Below are positions 1-9,860 of a stretch of 64,000 nt of DNA, piece by piece (positions within the stretch are counted from its first letter, which is position 1; each line of letters starts with the position of its first letter). The stretch is taken from assembly GCA_018671515.1 (NCBI GenBank), contig JABHHN010000080.1:21695-85694 (forward strand), written 5' to 3'. Both the position numbers and the translations under genes were made by a program. The notes below the pieces were generated by a model, which saw only the letters and a program-made list of their open reading frames with translations, was not told the origin of the DNA and did no database searches. This DNA comes from an archaeon. GTDB lineage: Archaea > Nanobdellota > Nanobdellia > Woesearchaeales > GW2011-AR15.

Positions 1-332
1 GCAATTATTCCAAGATAACCACCAAAACTATTTCCATAAATAAATATTTTCGAAAATTTATTTTTTATATGTGACATAATGTTATCTATATCTGACAATA
101 TTCTTGACGTACTAATTTTATTAATGTCTTCTTCGCTTTTCCCATGACCTATATAATCAAATGAGATAGTAGAAATATTATTTTTAATTAAATTATTTTT
201 AATTAATTTAGAATTTGAATTATCTATAGAATCAAATAACCCATAAAAAAATAATACTGCTGTTTTTGACTCTCCTTCTATTTCAGTATAAATTCTTCCA
301 TGTTTTGATTTAACCCATAATATTTCTTTCAT
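1..332 (-). CDS. alpha/beta-fold hydrolase (N-terminal part; gene runs off the window start)
   Basis: Hand-translated minus-strand ORF with ATG at 332-330: MKEILWVKSKHGRIY...DYIGHGKSE...IFIYGNSFGGYLGII. It has a G-x-S-x-G nucleophile elbow (GNSFG) and an HG-x-S motif. It is absent from the ORF track because it is truncated. Confidence 0.6.
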   Translation of the reverse strand, partial: MKEILWVKSKHGRIYTEIEGESKTAVLFFYGLFDSIDNSNSKLIKNNLIKNNISTISFDYIGHGKSEEDINKISTSRILSDIDNIMSHIKNKFSKIFIYGNSFGGYLGII

Positions 333-435
333 TATTTCAAAAATAAAACTTTAATTTATTTTTTAAACTTTGTATATCTTTAATTTCTAATTTATTTAAT
401 AAAACTTAAAATAAATACAAATATTCAAAATTAAT

Positions 436-936
436 ATGGATTTATTATATCATGGGATAATTGGTTATATCATTTCAGATTTATTATATGATAAAGTTTT
501 TCTTCATATAATATTTGTAGCTATGATGCCAGACCTTATTGGAACAACATATTTTCAATATTTAGTAATAAAAAATTCATGTAAAAAAACATTTAAAATA
601 TTCTTAAAAGATATAATAAAACATTCAAATAAATGTATATTTTTCTCAAAAAAAGACAAAATTATTTACAGAACAACGCATAGTCTAATTACATTATCAA
701 TATTTATGATTGTCATATATGTTAAAAATATAGAATCTTTTTTTGGAATTTTTTTAGCATATTTATCACATATAATAATAGATATTTTCACACACAATAA
801 TGAATTTTCTACTAGAATTTTGTTTCCTTTTTCAGATTTTCATATAGAAGGAAAATTTTGGCTAAAAAATAAAAAAATGTTTATTAATATTTGGTTAATT
901 ACAATAATAATTTTTATTTTTGTAATATTAAGCTAA
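436..936 (+). CDS. membrane-bound metal-dependent hydrolase-like protein (YdjM/DUF457-like)
   Basis: 166 aa and multi-TM, with His/Asp motifs typical of the family (MPDLIG, RTTHSL, LSHIIIDIFTH). Confidence 0.5.
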   Translation: MDLLYHGIIGYIISDLLYDKVFLHIIFVAMMPDLIGTTYFQYLVIKNSCKKTFKIFLKDIIKHSNKCIFFSKKDKIIYRTTHSLITLSIFMIVIYVKNIESFFGIFLAYLSHIIIDIFTHNNEFSTRILFPFSDFHIEGKFWLKNKKMFINIWLITIIIFIFVILS

Positions 937-941
937 TTATC

Positions 942-2006
942 TCAATAATTTAGTTTGTATCTTAAGAAAACTGCCAACCCACCAAGACCATCAAGTTTTT
1001 TTCCACCCTCGTGTTCAGAGCTTATTAAATGTATTTTTCCATCATTTAAGTCAACTTTTTTCATTAATTTTTCTATTTCAAAAAAGGTGTCTTCCTGTCT
1101 TCTTTTTTGTATTAAACCATCTGTTATGAGAAGTTCTGATGATGCACCACAATCTATTGATTCTTTTACTTTTACAAATCCATACTCTGCCTTTCCCTGT
1201 TTTGATATTTCCATCAATAAACTTTCAACTTTTTGTGTCTCTTTTGCAAATCTTTCTTGTTTTAAAACTGATTGTACTTCTGGCCGTCTTATTACTTCAT
1301 TTACTCCATTTTCACCAACTGATGAACATGTTGCTAAGACTACTTTTTTCTTTATTTTTTCATCTTTAATTTTTTTTACAAGATATTCTTTCCAGAATGT
1401 CGGACTTGCAATAATTATATTTGAAAAATTGTGTCTTGTATCTAATTCAATAATTTTTTTATATAATTCTGAATAAAAGTCTTTTGTATTAACATTAATT
1501 TCAGCCTTTTTTGAAACGCTTCCAGAAATCTTGAAAATAACTTCATACCCATATTTCTTTAAAAGTGCAAAAATGCCATCTTCTCTATCATGAACACATA
1601 TCAAAACTTTTGACTTTTCCTCAATTGATGCTTCATCAATCTTTTCTAATTGATATTTTAAAAATTTGTCTTTTACTATCTCAAATTTTGTCCCTATTTC
1701 AATATTTATAGTATGATAACTTCCAATTGGAACCTCATCATGTCCTTTTATTACTTTTCCAGATACTCTTAAAATATCAGAATATTTATGGAATTCAACT
1801 TTTTCAGCTTTTAGTGTTAAATAAATCTCTTTTTTTATTATTTTGACATTTCTCTGATCCCCATCTCCTAATTTAATTTTTCTAATAGTTTTAGAACTAA
1901 TTAAATCTCCTGTATCTATAATATAACTTGTATACCATAAATCATCAAGATTCTCTATTTCTAACTTTATTGTATTTTTATTAATGTCTTTAAATAATAT
2001 TTTCAT
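942..2006 (-). CDS. pelA: mRNA surveillance protein Pelota (Dom34 homolog)
   Basis: 354 aa. The N-terminus MKIL...DDLW.., the length and the eRF1-like three-domain pattern match archaeal Pelota. Confidence 0.85.
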   Translation of the reverse strand: MKILFKDINKNTIKLEIENLDDLWYTSYIIDTGDLISSKTIRKIKLGDGDQRNVKIIKKEIYLTLKAEKVEFHKYSDILRVSGKVIKGHDEVPIGSYHTINIEIGTKFEIVKDKFLKYQLEKIDEASIEEKSKVLICVHDREDGIFALLKKYGYEVIFKISGSVSKKAEINVNTKDFYSELYKKIIELDTRHNFSNIIIASPTFWKEYLVKKIKDEKIKKKVVLATCSSVGENGVNEVIRRPEVQSVLKQERFAKETQKVESLLMEISKQGKAEYGFVKVKESIDCGASSELLITDGLIQKRRQEDTFFEIEKLMKKVDLNDGKIHLISSEHEGGKKLDGLGGLAVFLRYKLNY

Positions 2007-2113
2007 AATATAAAAGAAAAAGAAATCATATAATATGTTTTTGGTAAAATATGATAAAATTGAGTCATTAGAAATCGTAAACTATATATATGTAAAGATT
2101 TGTAATATGGACT

Positions 2114-3307
2114 ATGAGAAAACGAGGGCAAGTAACTCCACCTGTCACATTTACTTCAACATTAATAGCTATCATTGGTGCTGCAATAATTGTTTATATC
2201 TTAATGCTCCCTCCTACAGATAGGGCAGCATTCCTTGGACAAAATGAAACAAACCTTAATGATCCAAATTATAAAGATAATATAACCATTCTTCTTGAAG
2301 AAGAACCAGGAACACTTGAATTTATAGAAAATGATGAAATTGAAATTGATTTTCCCTCTTTTAATCTATATACACGTACTGATGCCATAGTAATTGCTCC
2401 ATTTGACTCTGTTTATATAAAAAGGACATTATTCAATAAAGAAACCGTAAATTTGACATTTAAAGTTGATGATTTAAAATTTACAGATAATATATTACTT
2501 TCATTTTTTGCAAGAAAATTTGATGGACGTTTAACAATAAAACTAAATGAAGACATAGTTTTCAATAGAGAACTCCAAACTTCTAGTCCTACACCAATAC
2601 AAATTCCAAAAGAATTATTAAAAAAAGACCTAAATGTATTAATATTTGAAATCTCAGGTCCTGGACTTGAATTCTGGAAATCTAATGAAGCACTATTAGA
2701 AGATATTAAAATAACTGCAGACCTTACAGATATAAGCGGACAAGAAAATAAACAAATATTCATATTAACTGAAAAAGAAAAAAGATTGTTGGAAACTGCA
2801 GAATTGACTATTGTTCCAGATTGTGTACAAACAGATGTAGCTCCACTTGAAATCTATCTAAATAAAAAACTTATTTTTTCTAGTGTACCTGACTGTGGTA
2901 TCAAAATGCCTATACCTCAAATAACTGCTGATAAATTAAAAGATGGCGAAAATTTTATAAGATTTAGAAGTGATAAAGGAAATTATCTAATTTATGGTGT
3001 AAAATTAACTCTTGATTTAGAAGAACCAATTTACCCAACTTATTATTTTAAACTTGAACCAAACCAATTCAAAAACGCTGAAAAAGGAAATGCAGATATG
3101 AACATTACATTAGTATTCCCAAATAAGATTGATTATAAAAAAGGAATCATTTTGATAAATGAAGATATTATAGAGATTGAAACAAAAGATAATGAATATG
3201 TAAGAGATATAAGTTCTAGTATCAGAGAAGGAAATAATGCTGTCGAAATAAGACCAAAATCTGATAGTCTTGATATATTAGAATTAGAAGTTCTTTACGC
3301 AGAATAA
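2114..3307 (+). CDS. hypothetical N-terminally anchored surface protein (possible prepilin-like class III signal)
   Basis: 397 aa. The N-terminus MRKRGQVTPPVTFTSTLIAIIGAAIIVYILML is a basic stretch plus one TM, and the rest is beta-rich. It is the first gene of a co-directional cluster. Confidence 0.6.
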   Translation: MRKRGQVTPPVTFTSTLIAIIGAAIIVYILMLPPTDRAAFLGQNETNLNDPNYKDNITILLEEEPGTLEFIENDEIEIDFPSFNLYTRTDAIVIAPFDSVYIKRTLFNKETVNLTFKVDDLKFTDNILLSFFARKFDGRLTIKLNEDIVFNRELQTSSPTPIQIPKELLKKDLNVLIFEISGPGLEFWKSNEALLEDIKITADLTDISGQENKQIFILTEKEKRLLETAELTIVPDCVQTDVAPLEIYLNKKLIFSSVPDCGIKMPIPQITADKLKDGENFIRFRSDKGNYLIYGVKLTLDLEEPIYPTYYFKLEPNQFKNAEKGNADMNITLVFPNKIDYKKGIILINEDIIEIETKDNEYVRDISSSIREGNNAVEIRPKSDSLDILELEVLYAE

Positions 3308-3358
3308 TAATATAATAATCCAAAAGATTTAAATTCTTTAGAGTTAAATAAATAAAAC

Positions 3359-4891
3359 ATGGCAGAAGGAGATCAAGGATCTAATAGACTTTTAATTATG
3401 TTTTATTTCTTTTTTGGTGTTACAATGCATTTAATTGATGCTTTGGTATGGCAATTTGATAGAGGTAATTTCAATTATTCTGGGTCTGCACTATTTGTGT
3501 ATATTTTTATGGGTTTTTTATATTCTCTACTTAGAGTAAATGATGACCCATTAATAAAAAGATTAGTCATAAATTCAGTAAAATCTGTTTTTCTTTGGGC
3601 TCTTCCAATATTATTATTATGGTTTGCTAAATTTCTTCCTTCTACTATTCAATTTCAATTTGCAACAAAACTTGTTGCTTTTTTAGTTCTTACACCTACA
3701 TGGCTTTGGATGGCTTCAGATTTTTATGCACAAATACCACCATTAGAATTTTTATGGACTGCATATTTATTTTTTTGGGTTGGAATAATTGTACTTTCAG
3801 GAATATTTGCATTTCAAAATAAATTAACACAAATAGCTGATCCCATGAAAGCTCCAGTTGCACAATCTCTGGCATTAATAAGAGATTGGATAGTACAACT
3901 ATGGAAGAATATTAAAAGTACAATGATAGCTCTACCTAAAGCAGTATCTACCGCATTTAACACTCAATTAAATACTGCCGTAGGTGATGAATACTATGTC
4001 GGGACTGTTGAAGATAATGAAAATGGACCACTTGGTGTATATTTTACAAATACCCGTATGACAAATTATGAAATATTTGAAGGAGATGAAGCTTCTGCCT
4101 GGGTTGATATTACTGCAAAAACTCTTGATGAACCAATTACTATTTCTGTTAATTGCCATGCTATAGATTACGACGGAAATAAATTTCAAGGAGACATGTC
4201 TCAAAATTCAGGTGGTTTAACTGAAACAATATATGTAGACTCATTTAGTGAAGAATTTTTAATTTGTAAATTTGGAAAAACTCAACTTCCTCCAGGATCA
4301 TATCAATTAATTATTTCGGCAAGTTTCAATTTTGAGACTTGGGCATATTTAAGAACTTATTTAATGGACCTAGAACGATTAAAAGGAGATATGAAATCAT
4401 TAATGGATAAAGGAGGTATTGGAGATAAAAATAGTGTTCTCTCTGAAATTTATAATATCCCAGATACAAATCCAGTTGCTAGATATACAAGTGGTCCTGT
4501 TGCTATAGGAATTGAAACAAATACTCAACCAGTTGGAATTGCTGGAGATGGAAGCACTAAACCATTATTTGGTGTAACAATTGAAAATTTGTGGGAAGGA
4601 AAAATAACTAAAGTTAATTCACTAAAAATGGAAACTATCCCTGGATTACAAATAAATACCGGTAGTTGTGACCATTCAACAAATGGAGGAAATAATATTT
4701 ATACAATATCAAATATCAAAGGAGAAATTGAATTTTATAAATCATTTAGATGTAAAATGCAAGCTTCAAAAAGTGCACTTGATTCCACCCCAGTCACAAT
4801 AAGAAATTTAAAAGCTACTGCTAAATATCAATATGTTATTGAAGATGAATTATATTTTGATGTGGAGGAATATGATTTTGGTGAAATCTAA
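3359..4891 (+). CDS. hypothetical polytopic membrane protein with large extracytoplasmic C-terminal domain
   Basis: 510 aa. The first ~190 aa contain several hydrophobic segments and the remaining ~320 aa are soluble and beta-rich. I recognise no family. Confidence 0.6.
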   Translation: MAEGDQGSNRLLIMFYFFFGVTMHLIDALVWQFDRGNFNYSGSALFVYIFMGFLYSLLRVNDDPLIKRLVINSVKSVFLWALPILLLWFAKFLPSTIQFQFATKLVAFLVLTPTWLWMASDFYAQIPPLEFLWTAYLFFWVGIIVLSGIFAFQNKLTQIADPMKAPVAQSLALIRDWIVQLWKNIKSTMIALPKAVSTAFNTQLNTAVGDEYYVGTVEDNENGPLGVYFTNTRMTNYEIFEGDEASAWVDITAKTLDEPITISVNCHAIDYDGNKFQGDMSQNSGGLTETIYVDSFSEEFLICKFGKTQLPPGSYQLIISASFNFETWAYLRTYLMDLERLKGDMKSLMDKGGIGDKNSVLSEIYNIPDTNPVARYTSGPVAIGIETNTQPVGIAGDGSTKPLFGVTIENLWEGKITKVNSLKMETIPGLQINTGSCDHSTNGGNNIYTISNIKGEIEFYKSFRCKMQASKSALDSTPVTIRNLKATAKYQYVIEDELYFDVEEYDFGEI

Positions 4892-5825
4892 TAAATTTTT
4901 GTTGATGTACCTAATTTCATTAATTGTTTTAATTAATTCATGCACTGGCTCTGGAAATTCTCCCAGTATAACCAATCCTGATCTGTATAAAGGTACACAA
5001 GGATTAGAAATTGAAGTAATAAGTAATCTTCCAGAAAGAATATTTGAAAATGAACCTTTTGAATATGTTGTAAAATTAACAAATAATGGTGTATACGATA
5101 TAAAAAATGGTGTACTTACCTTAAATGTAGAAAAAGATTATTTAAGTGTTGATGGAAAAAATATTAAAAAAGAAAATATTAACCTTCAAGGAAAAGAAAT
5201 TTTTCAAACACTTGATGATTTTGAAATAAAACAATTTACAATAAAATCGGGTAATTTAGATCAAACAAGCCAAACTCATGAAACGTTGATATTAACTAGT
5301 GCATGTTATGATTTTATGGCAAAAGCTTTTGCTGATATATGCATAGACTCTGACCCACATGATATTAACCCTACTGAAAAAGAATGTAAAACAAAAAAAA
5401 TAGATCTTAGCAAAGGTCAAGGTGGTCCTGTCTTGATTTCTCTTATTGAACCAAGAATGATAATGGATGATAATTATCTTCGACCACAATTCAAAATACA
5501 TGTCAAAAATTCTGGAAGAGGTACTGTCCTTCAACATGGAAGAGAAGATACATTCTGTTCATCAGGTAATATTGCAAGAGAACAATATAATAAAGTAATT
5601 TTGTCTGAATTATCTTTTTCAACATTTAAAAAAAATGATTTTGATTGTAGTCCTGAACCCCTTAGGCTCAAAGGAAATGAAGATGTAATTACATGTACAT
5701 TAAAAACAGGAAAAATATCAAAAGACATTACAAACTATTTAACACCTATTACTTTAGAATTAAAATATGGATATTTGATTTCAAATTCAGATATGGTAAA
5801 AATAGAAAAGATTTTAACTTCATAA
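4872..5825 (+). CDS. secreted lipoprotein-like protein, 6-Cys family, paralog 1
   Basis: ATG 4872 is preceded by a GGAGGA SD (4864-4869) and overlaps the upstream gene by 20 nt. The signal peptide MILVKSNKFLLMYLISLIVLINSC ends in a lipobox-like Cys. It is collinear with the next two genes. Confidence 0.65.
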   Translation: MILVKSNKFLLMYLISLIVLINSCTGSGNSPSITNPDLYKGTQGLEIEVISNLPERIFENEPFEYVVKLTNNGVYDIKNGVLTLNVEKDYLSVDGKNIKKENINLQGKEIFQTLDDFEIKQFTIKSGNLDQTSQTHETLILTSACYDFMAKAFADICIDSDPHDINPTEKECKTKKIDLSKGQGGPVLISLIEPRMIMDDNYLRPQFKIHVKNSGRGTVLQHGREDTFCSSGNIAREQYNKVILSELSFSTFKKNDFDCSPEPLRLKGNEDVITCTLKTGKISKDITNYLTPITLELKYGYLISNSDMVKIEKILTS

Positions 5826-5840
5826 AATTAAATTAATAAA

Positions 5841-6758
5841 ATGAATAAAAAATACATATTATTATTATTGACATTTGTTATTATATTCTCTAGTTGTGAA
5901 AGTGGAAATTCTGAAGGATCCACCTCTACAACAAACACAGGTGAAAAATATAGAACTGGAACTCAAGGATTGTTGATTTCCTTTGTACCAGGTGTACCAC
6001 CCGCTAAAGTATTTTCAGATTCTGAAATAGGTGCAATATTTGAAATTAAAAATAAAGGATCAACAGATATTGATGGCGCAAAATTATACTTAACAGGATA
6101 TGATAAAAAATATTTATTTGGAACTAGTGAACAAGAACAAGAATTTGCTTTAGGTGGTAAATCACCATATAATCCTAATGGAGAATTAATTGAATTAATT
6201 GATTTCAATACTAAAGTACAAAGATTACCTGACGGTATAGATAAATTTACTCAAACTTTTAAAGGGTCACTATGTTATCCTTATGAAACATTAGCAAGTC
6301 CTTCAATATGTATAAATCCAGATATTCATAGTGCACAGGCAACTGAAAGTGTTTGTACTGTCAAACCAATAACCCTTTCTGGTGGACAAGGAGCCCCAAT
6401 ATCAATAGATAAAGTTGAATATGATTCTATTGGTAGTCAATTAGTATTAAAAATCTATATTTCAAATCATGGTAAAGGAATTCCATATATTAAACCAATT
6501 GAAGATTGTCATAAATCATTAAGATACAATGAAGTAGGTCTTATAAATATTGAATCTGTTTCCTTTTCTGATTATGATTTAACTTCTAATTGTAAACCAA
6601 ATCCTGTAAGGTTAGTTAATAACAAAGGTTTTGTAGTTTGTACAATTGAATCAAACGATAATTTTGGATCATCATCATATGTAACTCCGCTAAACATAAA
6701 ATTATCATATAATTATAGAGAATCCATCAAAAAAAGTTTTGAAATCATCCAGATTTGA
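5841..6758 (+). CDS. secreted lipoprotein-like protein, 6-Cys family, paralog 2
   Basis: Signal peptide MNKKYILLLLTFVIIFSSC. It shares the motifs GTQGL-I-F, IKNKG, LCYPY, ICINPD, GGQGAP and SNHGKG with its neighbours. Confidence 0.65.
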   Translation: MNKKYILLLLTFVIIFSSCESGNSEGSTSTTNTGEKYRTGTQGLLISFVPGVPPAKVFSDSEIGAIFEIKNKGSTDIDGAKLYLTGYDKKYLFGTSEQEQEFALGGKSPYNPNGELIELIDFNTKVQRLPDGIDKFTQTFKGSLCYPYETLASPSICINPDIHSAQATESVCTVKPITLSGGQGAPISIDKVEYDSIGSQLVLKIYISNHGKGIPYIKPIEDCHKSLRYNEVGLINIESVSFSDYDLTSNCKPNPVRLVNNKGFVVCTIESNDNFGSSSYVTPLNIKLSYNYRESIKKSFEIIQI

Positions 6759-6798
6759 AAAAGAAAGATTTATATATATTCATAGCTAAGGAGAGAAT

Positions 6799-7740
6799 AT
6801 GAAAAAAAGAATAATTTTACTCTTAATTTTTGCATTAACATTATCAGTTGCACAAAATGAATGTGGTGGTGGAGGAGAGAGTGGACCAACCATAACAGAT
6901 CCATTTATAGGTGGAACAGGTGGTGTAACAATAAATTTTGAAGAAGGATTTCCTCCTGAATTTATTTTTGATTCTAGTCAAACACCATTTGATGTGATTG
7001 TCAAACTTGAAAATGTTGGTGAATGGTTAGTTCCAAAAAATGATGTAATGGTAAAGATTGAAGGAATAAGACCTGAACAATTTGGAAAGACCTCATCTGA
7101 TTTCATAAAAATTGGTGTAGAAGAAGATTTATTACAAACAAAAAAAAATTCTGAAAATGATATTATCGAAGGAATACCTGTATATGTAGATTATGAAAAT
7201 CTTGCATTTAATGAAAAAATAGAAGGCAACTTCAATCCTCCAATTAGAGCTTCTGTCTGTTATAAATATGGTACAAGAGCTGTATCGAACATTTGTATTG
7301 TTCCTGATTTATTACAACCTGCAGATGATAATGATTTATGTAAAATCAATGAAAACAAACAAGTTTTCAATTCTGCTGGACCTATACAAGTTACTGAATT
7401 CAAAGAAATTGCAAGATCAACTGATGCGATATCATTTACTTTCAAATTAAAACATAAAGGATCTGGATTATTTTATTCTCCAGAAACTCGTTGTGGTGGG
7501 GAAACAGCAAGCAGATTAAAAAATAAAGTCAAAATAAATGTAGATAGTGGACTTGATGGATTAACATGCACTGGACAAGATTCGGATGGAAATATTTTGC
7601 TTCAAGGTGGAGAAAGACCAATAACATGTATCCAAAGAGTAACAAGTCAAACTGCTTATGAAAATAGAGTAAATATTGAAATAACATATGACTATCTTGA
7701 AGATGCAACCCAATATTTATTGATAAAACATTCAGAATAA
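6799..7740 (+). CDS. secreted lipoprotein-like protein, 6-Cys family, paralog 3
   Basis: An AAGGAGAG SD lies upstream. Signal MKKRIILLLIFALTLSVAQNEC followed by a GGGGESG linker. It has the same motif order (GGTGGV-I-F, LENVG, VCYKY, ICIVPD, SAGP, KHKGSG). Confidence 0.65.
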   Translation: MKKRIILLLIFALTLSVAQNECGGGGESGPTITDPFIGGTGGVTINFEEGFPPEFIFDSSQTPFDVIVKLENVGEWLVPKNDVMVKIEGIRPEQFGKTSSDFIKIGVEEDLLQTKKNSENDIIEGIPVYVDYENLAFNEKIEGNFNPPIRASVCYKYGTRAVSNICIVPDLLQPADDNDLCKINENKQVFNSAGPIQVTEFKEIARSTDAISFTFKLKHKGSGLFYSPETRCGGETASRLKNKVKINVDSGLDGLTCTGQDSDGNILLQGGERPITCIQRVTSQTAYENRVNIEITYDYLEDATQYLLIKHSE

Positions 7741-7746
7741 TTAATT

Positions 7747-8802
7747 TTATTTATTTTTTTCAAAAAAAATCTTTGCTTTCTGGAAAGCTTCTGATTTTTC
7801 AATTACTGCTTTATTATATAAATTATAATATTTTTCAATATCTTTTTTTAAAGTCACAATCCTTGAATTCAATTCTAATTCTTTTTGAAGATGATCTTTA
7901 GTTACTTTTTCTATTGAATTTTTTCTTCGTGATTTTTCTTTCTCTATTTTTTCTTTATAATACAAACTTTGTTCTGATATGTATTTATTAATATTTTTAA
8001 CAATTTTTTTAAGCTTAATATTTTCTTGTTCTTTATATTTTAATTCTTTAGAAAATCTTTTAGCTGCAACAAGGTATTTATTATATTTTCTATCATTCGA
8101 CTCTGAAAGTACTTTATAATATTCTAATTTTTTCTTATCTCTTAAAACTTCTTCTTCGAATTTTGAAACAAATTCTTTTATTTCTATTCTTTTCTTATTT
8201 TCTGTATGTTTTATCACATAATCTAATTTTTTTCTTGTTTCTAATAATTCCTTTCTAAAAGTATCATTTTTAATTTGTTTCTCTATTGATTTTAATTTTA
8301 AAGAAAGATTCTTTGATGCAGTAAAATAATAATCATATTTTTTTTCATATTTTTTTGATTTTTCATAATAATGTTTTAGTTCTTCTGTCAATTTTGAAAT
8401 TACTTTATCAGTCTCATTTTTATTTTTTAATTTTATATTTTCAGAAATAAGAAATTTGTTCTCCTTTTCTTTTAATAATATATTTTTTTTTAAATTATTA
8501 TTATCTTCTTTAAGTTTTTCTAATGATAATTGATCATTTTTTTTCAAGAGTAAAGCTAATTTTTTAGAAATTGTATAATATTTTTCATATTTTCTTATAT
8601 AATTTTCTCGTGATGTATGAAGATGTGTAATCATCCTCTCTAGTTTTTCTATTTTTTTACCATAATCATCTAAAAAATATTCTTTAGATTTTGATTTAAG
8701 TTCATTTATTTCCAGAAGAAGAGAAGATAATATTTTTTCAGTATTGTAGAGTTTACTATCTATTGTTCCCTCTTTTTTTACTTTCCCTTGTACCATATTC
8801 AT
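7747..8802 (-). CDS. Lys/Glu-rich coiled-coil protein with internal repeats
   Basis: 351 aa. A module (K/R)KY(E/D/N)KY..x(S/A)K.L...LK recurs 4-5 times. Its start overlaps the rfcS stop by 4 nt. Confidence 0.6.
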   Translation of the reverse strand: MNMVQGKVKKEGTIDSKLYNTEKILSSLLLEINELKSKSKEYFLDDYGKKIEKLERMITHLHTSRENYIRKYEKYYTISKKLALLLKKNDQLSLEKLKEDNNNLKKNILLKEKENKFLISENIKLKNKNETDKVISKLTEELKHYYEKSKKYEKKYDYYFTASKNLSLKLKSIEKQIKNDTFRKELLETRKKLDYVIKHTENKKRIEIKEFVSKFEEEVLRDKKKLEYYKVLSESNDRKYNKYLVAAKRFSKELKYKEQENIKLKKIVKNINKYISEQSLYYKEKIEKEKSRRKNSIEKVTKDHLQKELELNSRIVTLKKDIEKYYNLYNKAVIEKSEAFQKAKIFFEKNK

Positions 8803-9761
8803 TGGTTTACTAATGAAATCCCTGATAGGAGTGCTTCTAATTGTATAAATTCATCACTTCCTTCTACTAATCTAAATTCAATTTCACCACATAATTTAGT
8901 CATCTCTAGTTTATTTTTATCTGATGTGTCTAAATTCCATATTTCTTTTTGAATCTGTCTTATAATATCTAATCCTGATAATCCATTCTCAAGCATAGAA
9001 TTTAGTAATTTTTTTCTGGATTCTAAAAATTTCCCTTCTACTGCAAATTTAAGTATTTCATTTACTTCTTTTGGAAGAGCATGTGAAGAAATAGAATATA
9101 TTGCTTTTTCATCAATATTATTTGAAATTGAAATTGACGCCTGTAAAATATTTTCTACTTTTCTACAATCACCTCTTGAAATTTCAAATATTGCTGTTTT
9201 TGCTTCATTTGAAATTGTAAATGATTCTTTTTTTGATAATTCATCAATCAATTCAAATATATCTTCTTTTGAAAGTGGTTTGAATTTAAAAATTGCACAT
9301 CTTGATTGTATTGGATCAAGTATTTTTGAAGAGTAATTACAACTTAATATGAATCTTGCCGTTCTAGTATAATTTTCCATTGTTCTTCTCAAAGCTTGCT
9401 GTGCTTCTCTAGTCAATGCGTCACATTCATCTAAGAATAAAATTTTAAATGGAACATTACCAATTGCTTTTGTTCTTGCAAAATCTTTTACTTTTACTCT
9501 AACTATATCTATTCCTCTCTCATCTGATGCATTTAATTCTAAAAAATTAGTTCCCCATGTATCTCCAAATAATTCTTTTGCAATAACTAACGCTAAAGTA
9601 GATTTCCCAACTCCAGCTGGCCCTGCAAACAATATGTGAGGCATATTTTTTTTTTCAACAAATGCTTTTACTCTTGAAACTATGTTTTTTTGACCTTTTA
9701 TTTCTGAAAATTTTTGAGGTCTATATTTCTCAGTCCATATGCTTTGGATTATTTCTGTCAT
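8799..9761 (-). CDS. rfcS: replication factor C small subunit
   Basis: WTEKYRP, Walker A GPAGVGKST, LFLDECDALT and the SRC motif (IQSRCAIFKF). Confidence 0.92.
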   Translation of the reverse strand: MTEIIQSIWTEKYRPQKFSEIKGQKNIVSRVKAFVEKKNMPHILFAGPAGVGKSTLALVIAKELFGDTWGTNFLELNASDERGIDIVRVKVKDFARTKAIGNVPFKILFLDECDALTREAQQALRRTMENYTRTARFILSCNYSSKILDPIQSRCAIFKFKPLSKEDIFELIDELSKKESFTISNEAKTAIFEISRGDCRKVENILQASISISNNIDEKAIYSISSHALPKEVNEILKFAVEGKFLESRKKLLNSMLENGLSGLDIIRQIQKEIWNLDTSDKNKLEMTKLCGEIEFRLVEGSDEFIQLEALLSGISLVNQ

Positions 9762-9860
9762 ATAAGTTAAAAGAAAGATATTTAATTTAAATAATTAGTC
9801 ATTAAGTGTATAAATAAATAATCAGTAATGTTTTTAATATGTAATCTAATATCTCTAAAC

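Noticed and set aside
955-1476. 173-aa and 76-aa plus-strand ORFs inside the pelota gene
   Set aside because: They are antisense to a confidently identified gene, with low-complexity composition typical of shadow ORFs in AT-rich DNA.
2035-2223. 62-aa ORF overlapping the start of the 2114 gene
   Set aside because: It is out of frame with, and mostly inside, a longer ORF that has a plausible signal-anchor N-terminus.
2114-7740. Considered whether the unknown-function cluster is an integrated virus or mobile element
   Set aside because: It has no integrase, capsid or terminase-like genes, no flanking direct repeats and no tRNA target. Composition and codon style look the same as the neighbours, as judged by eye.
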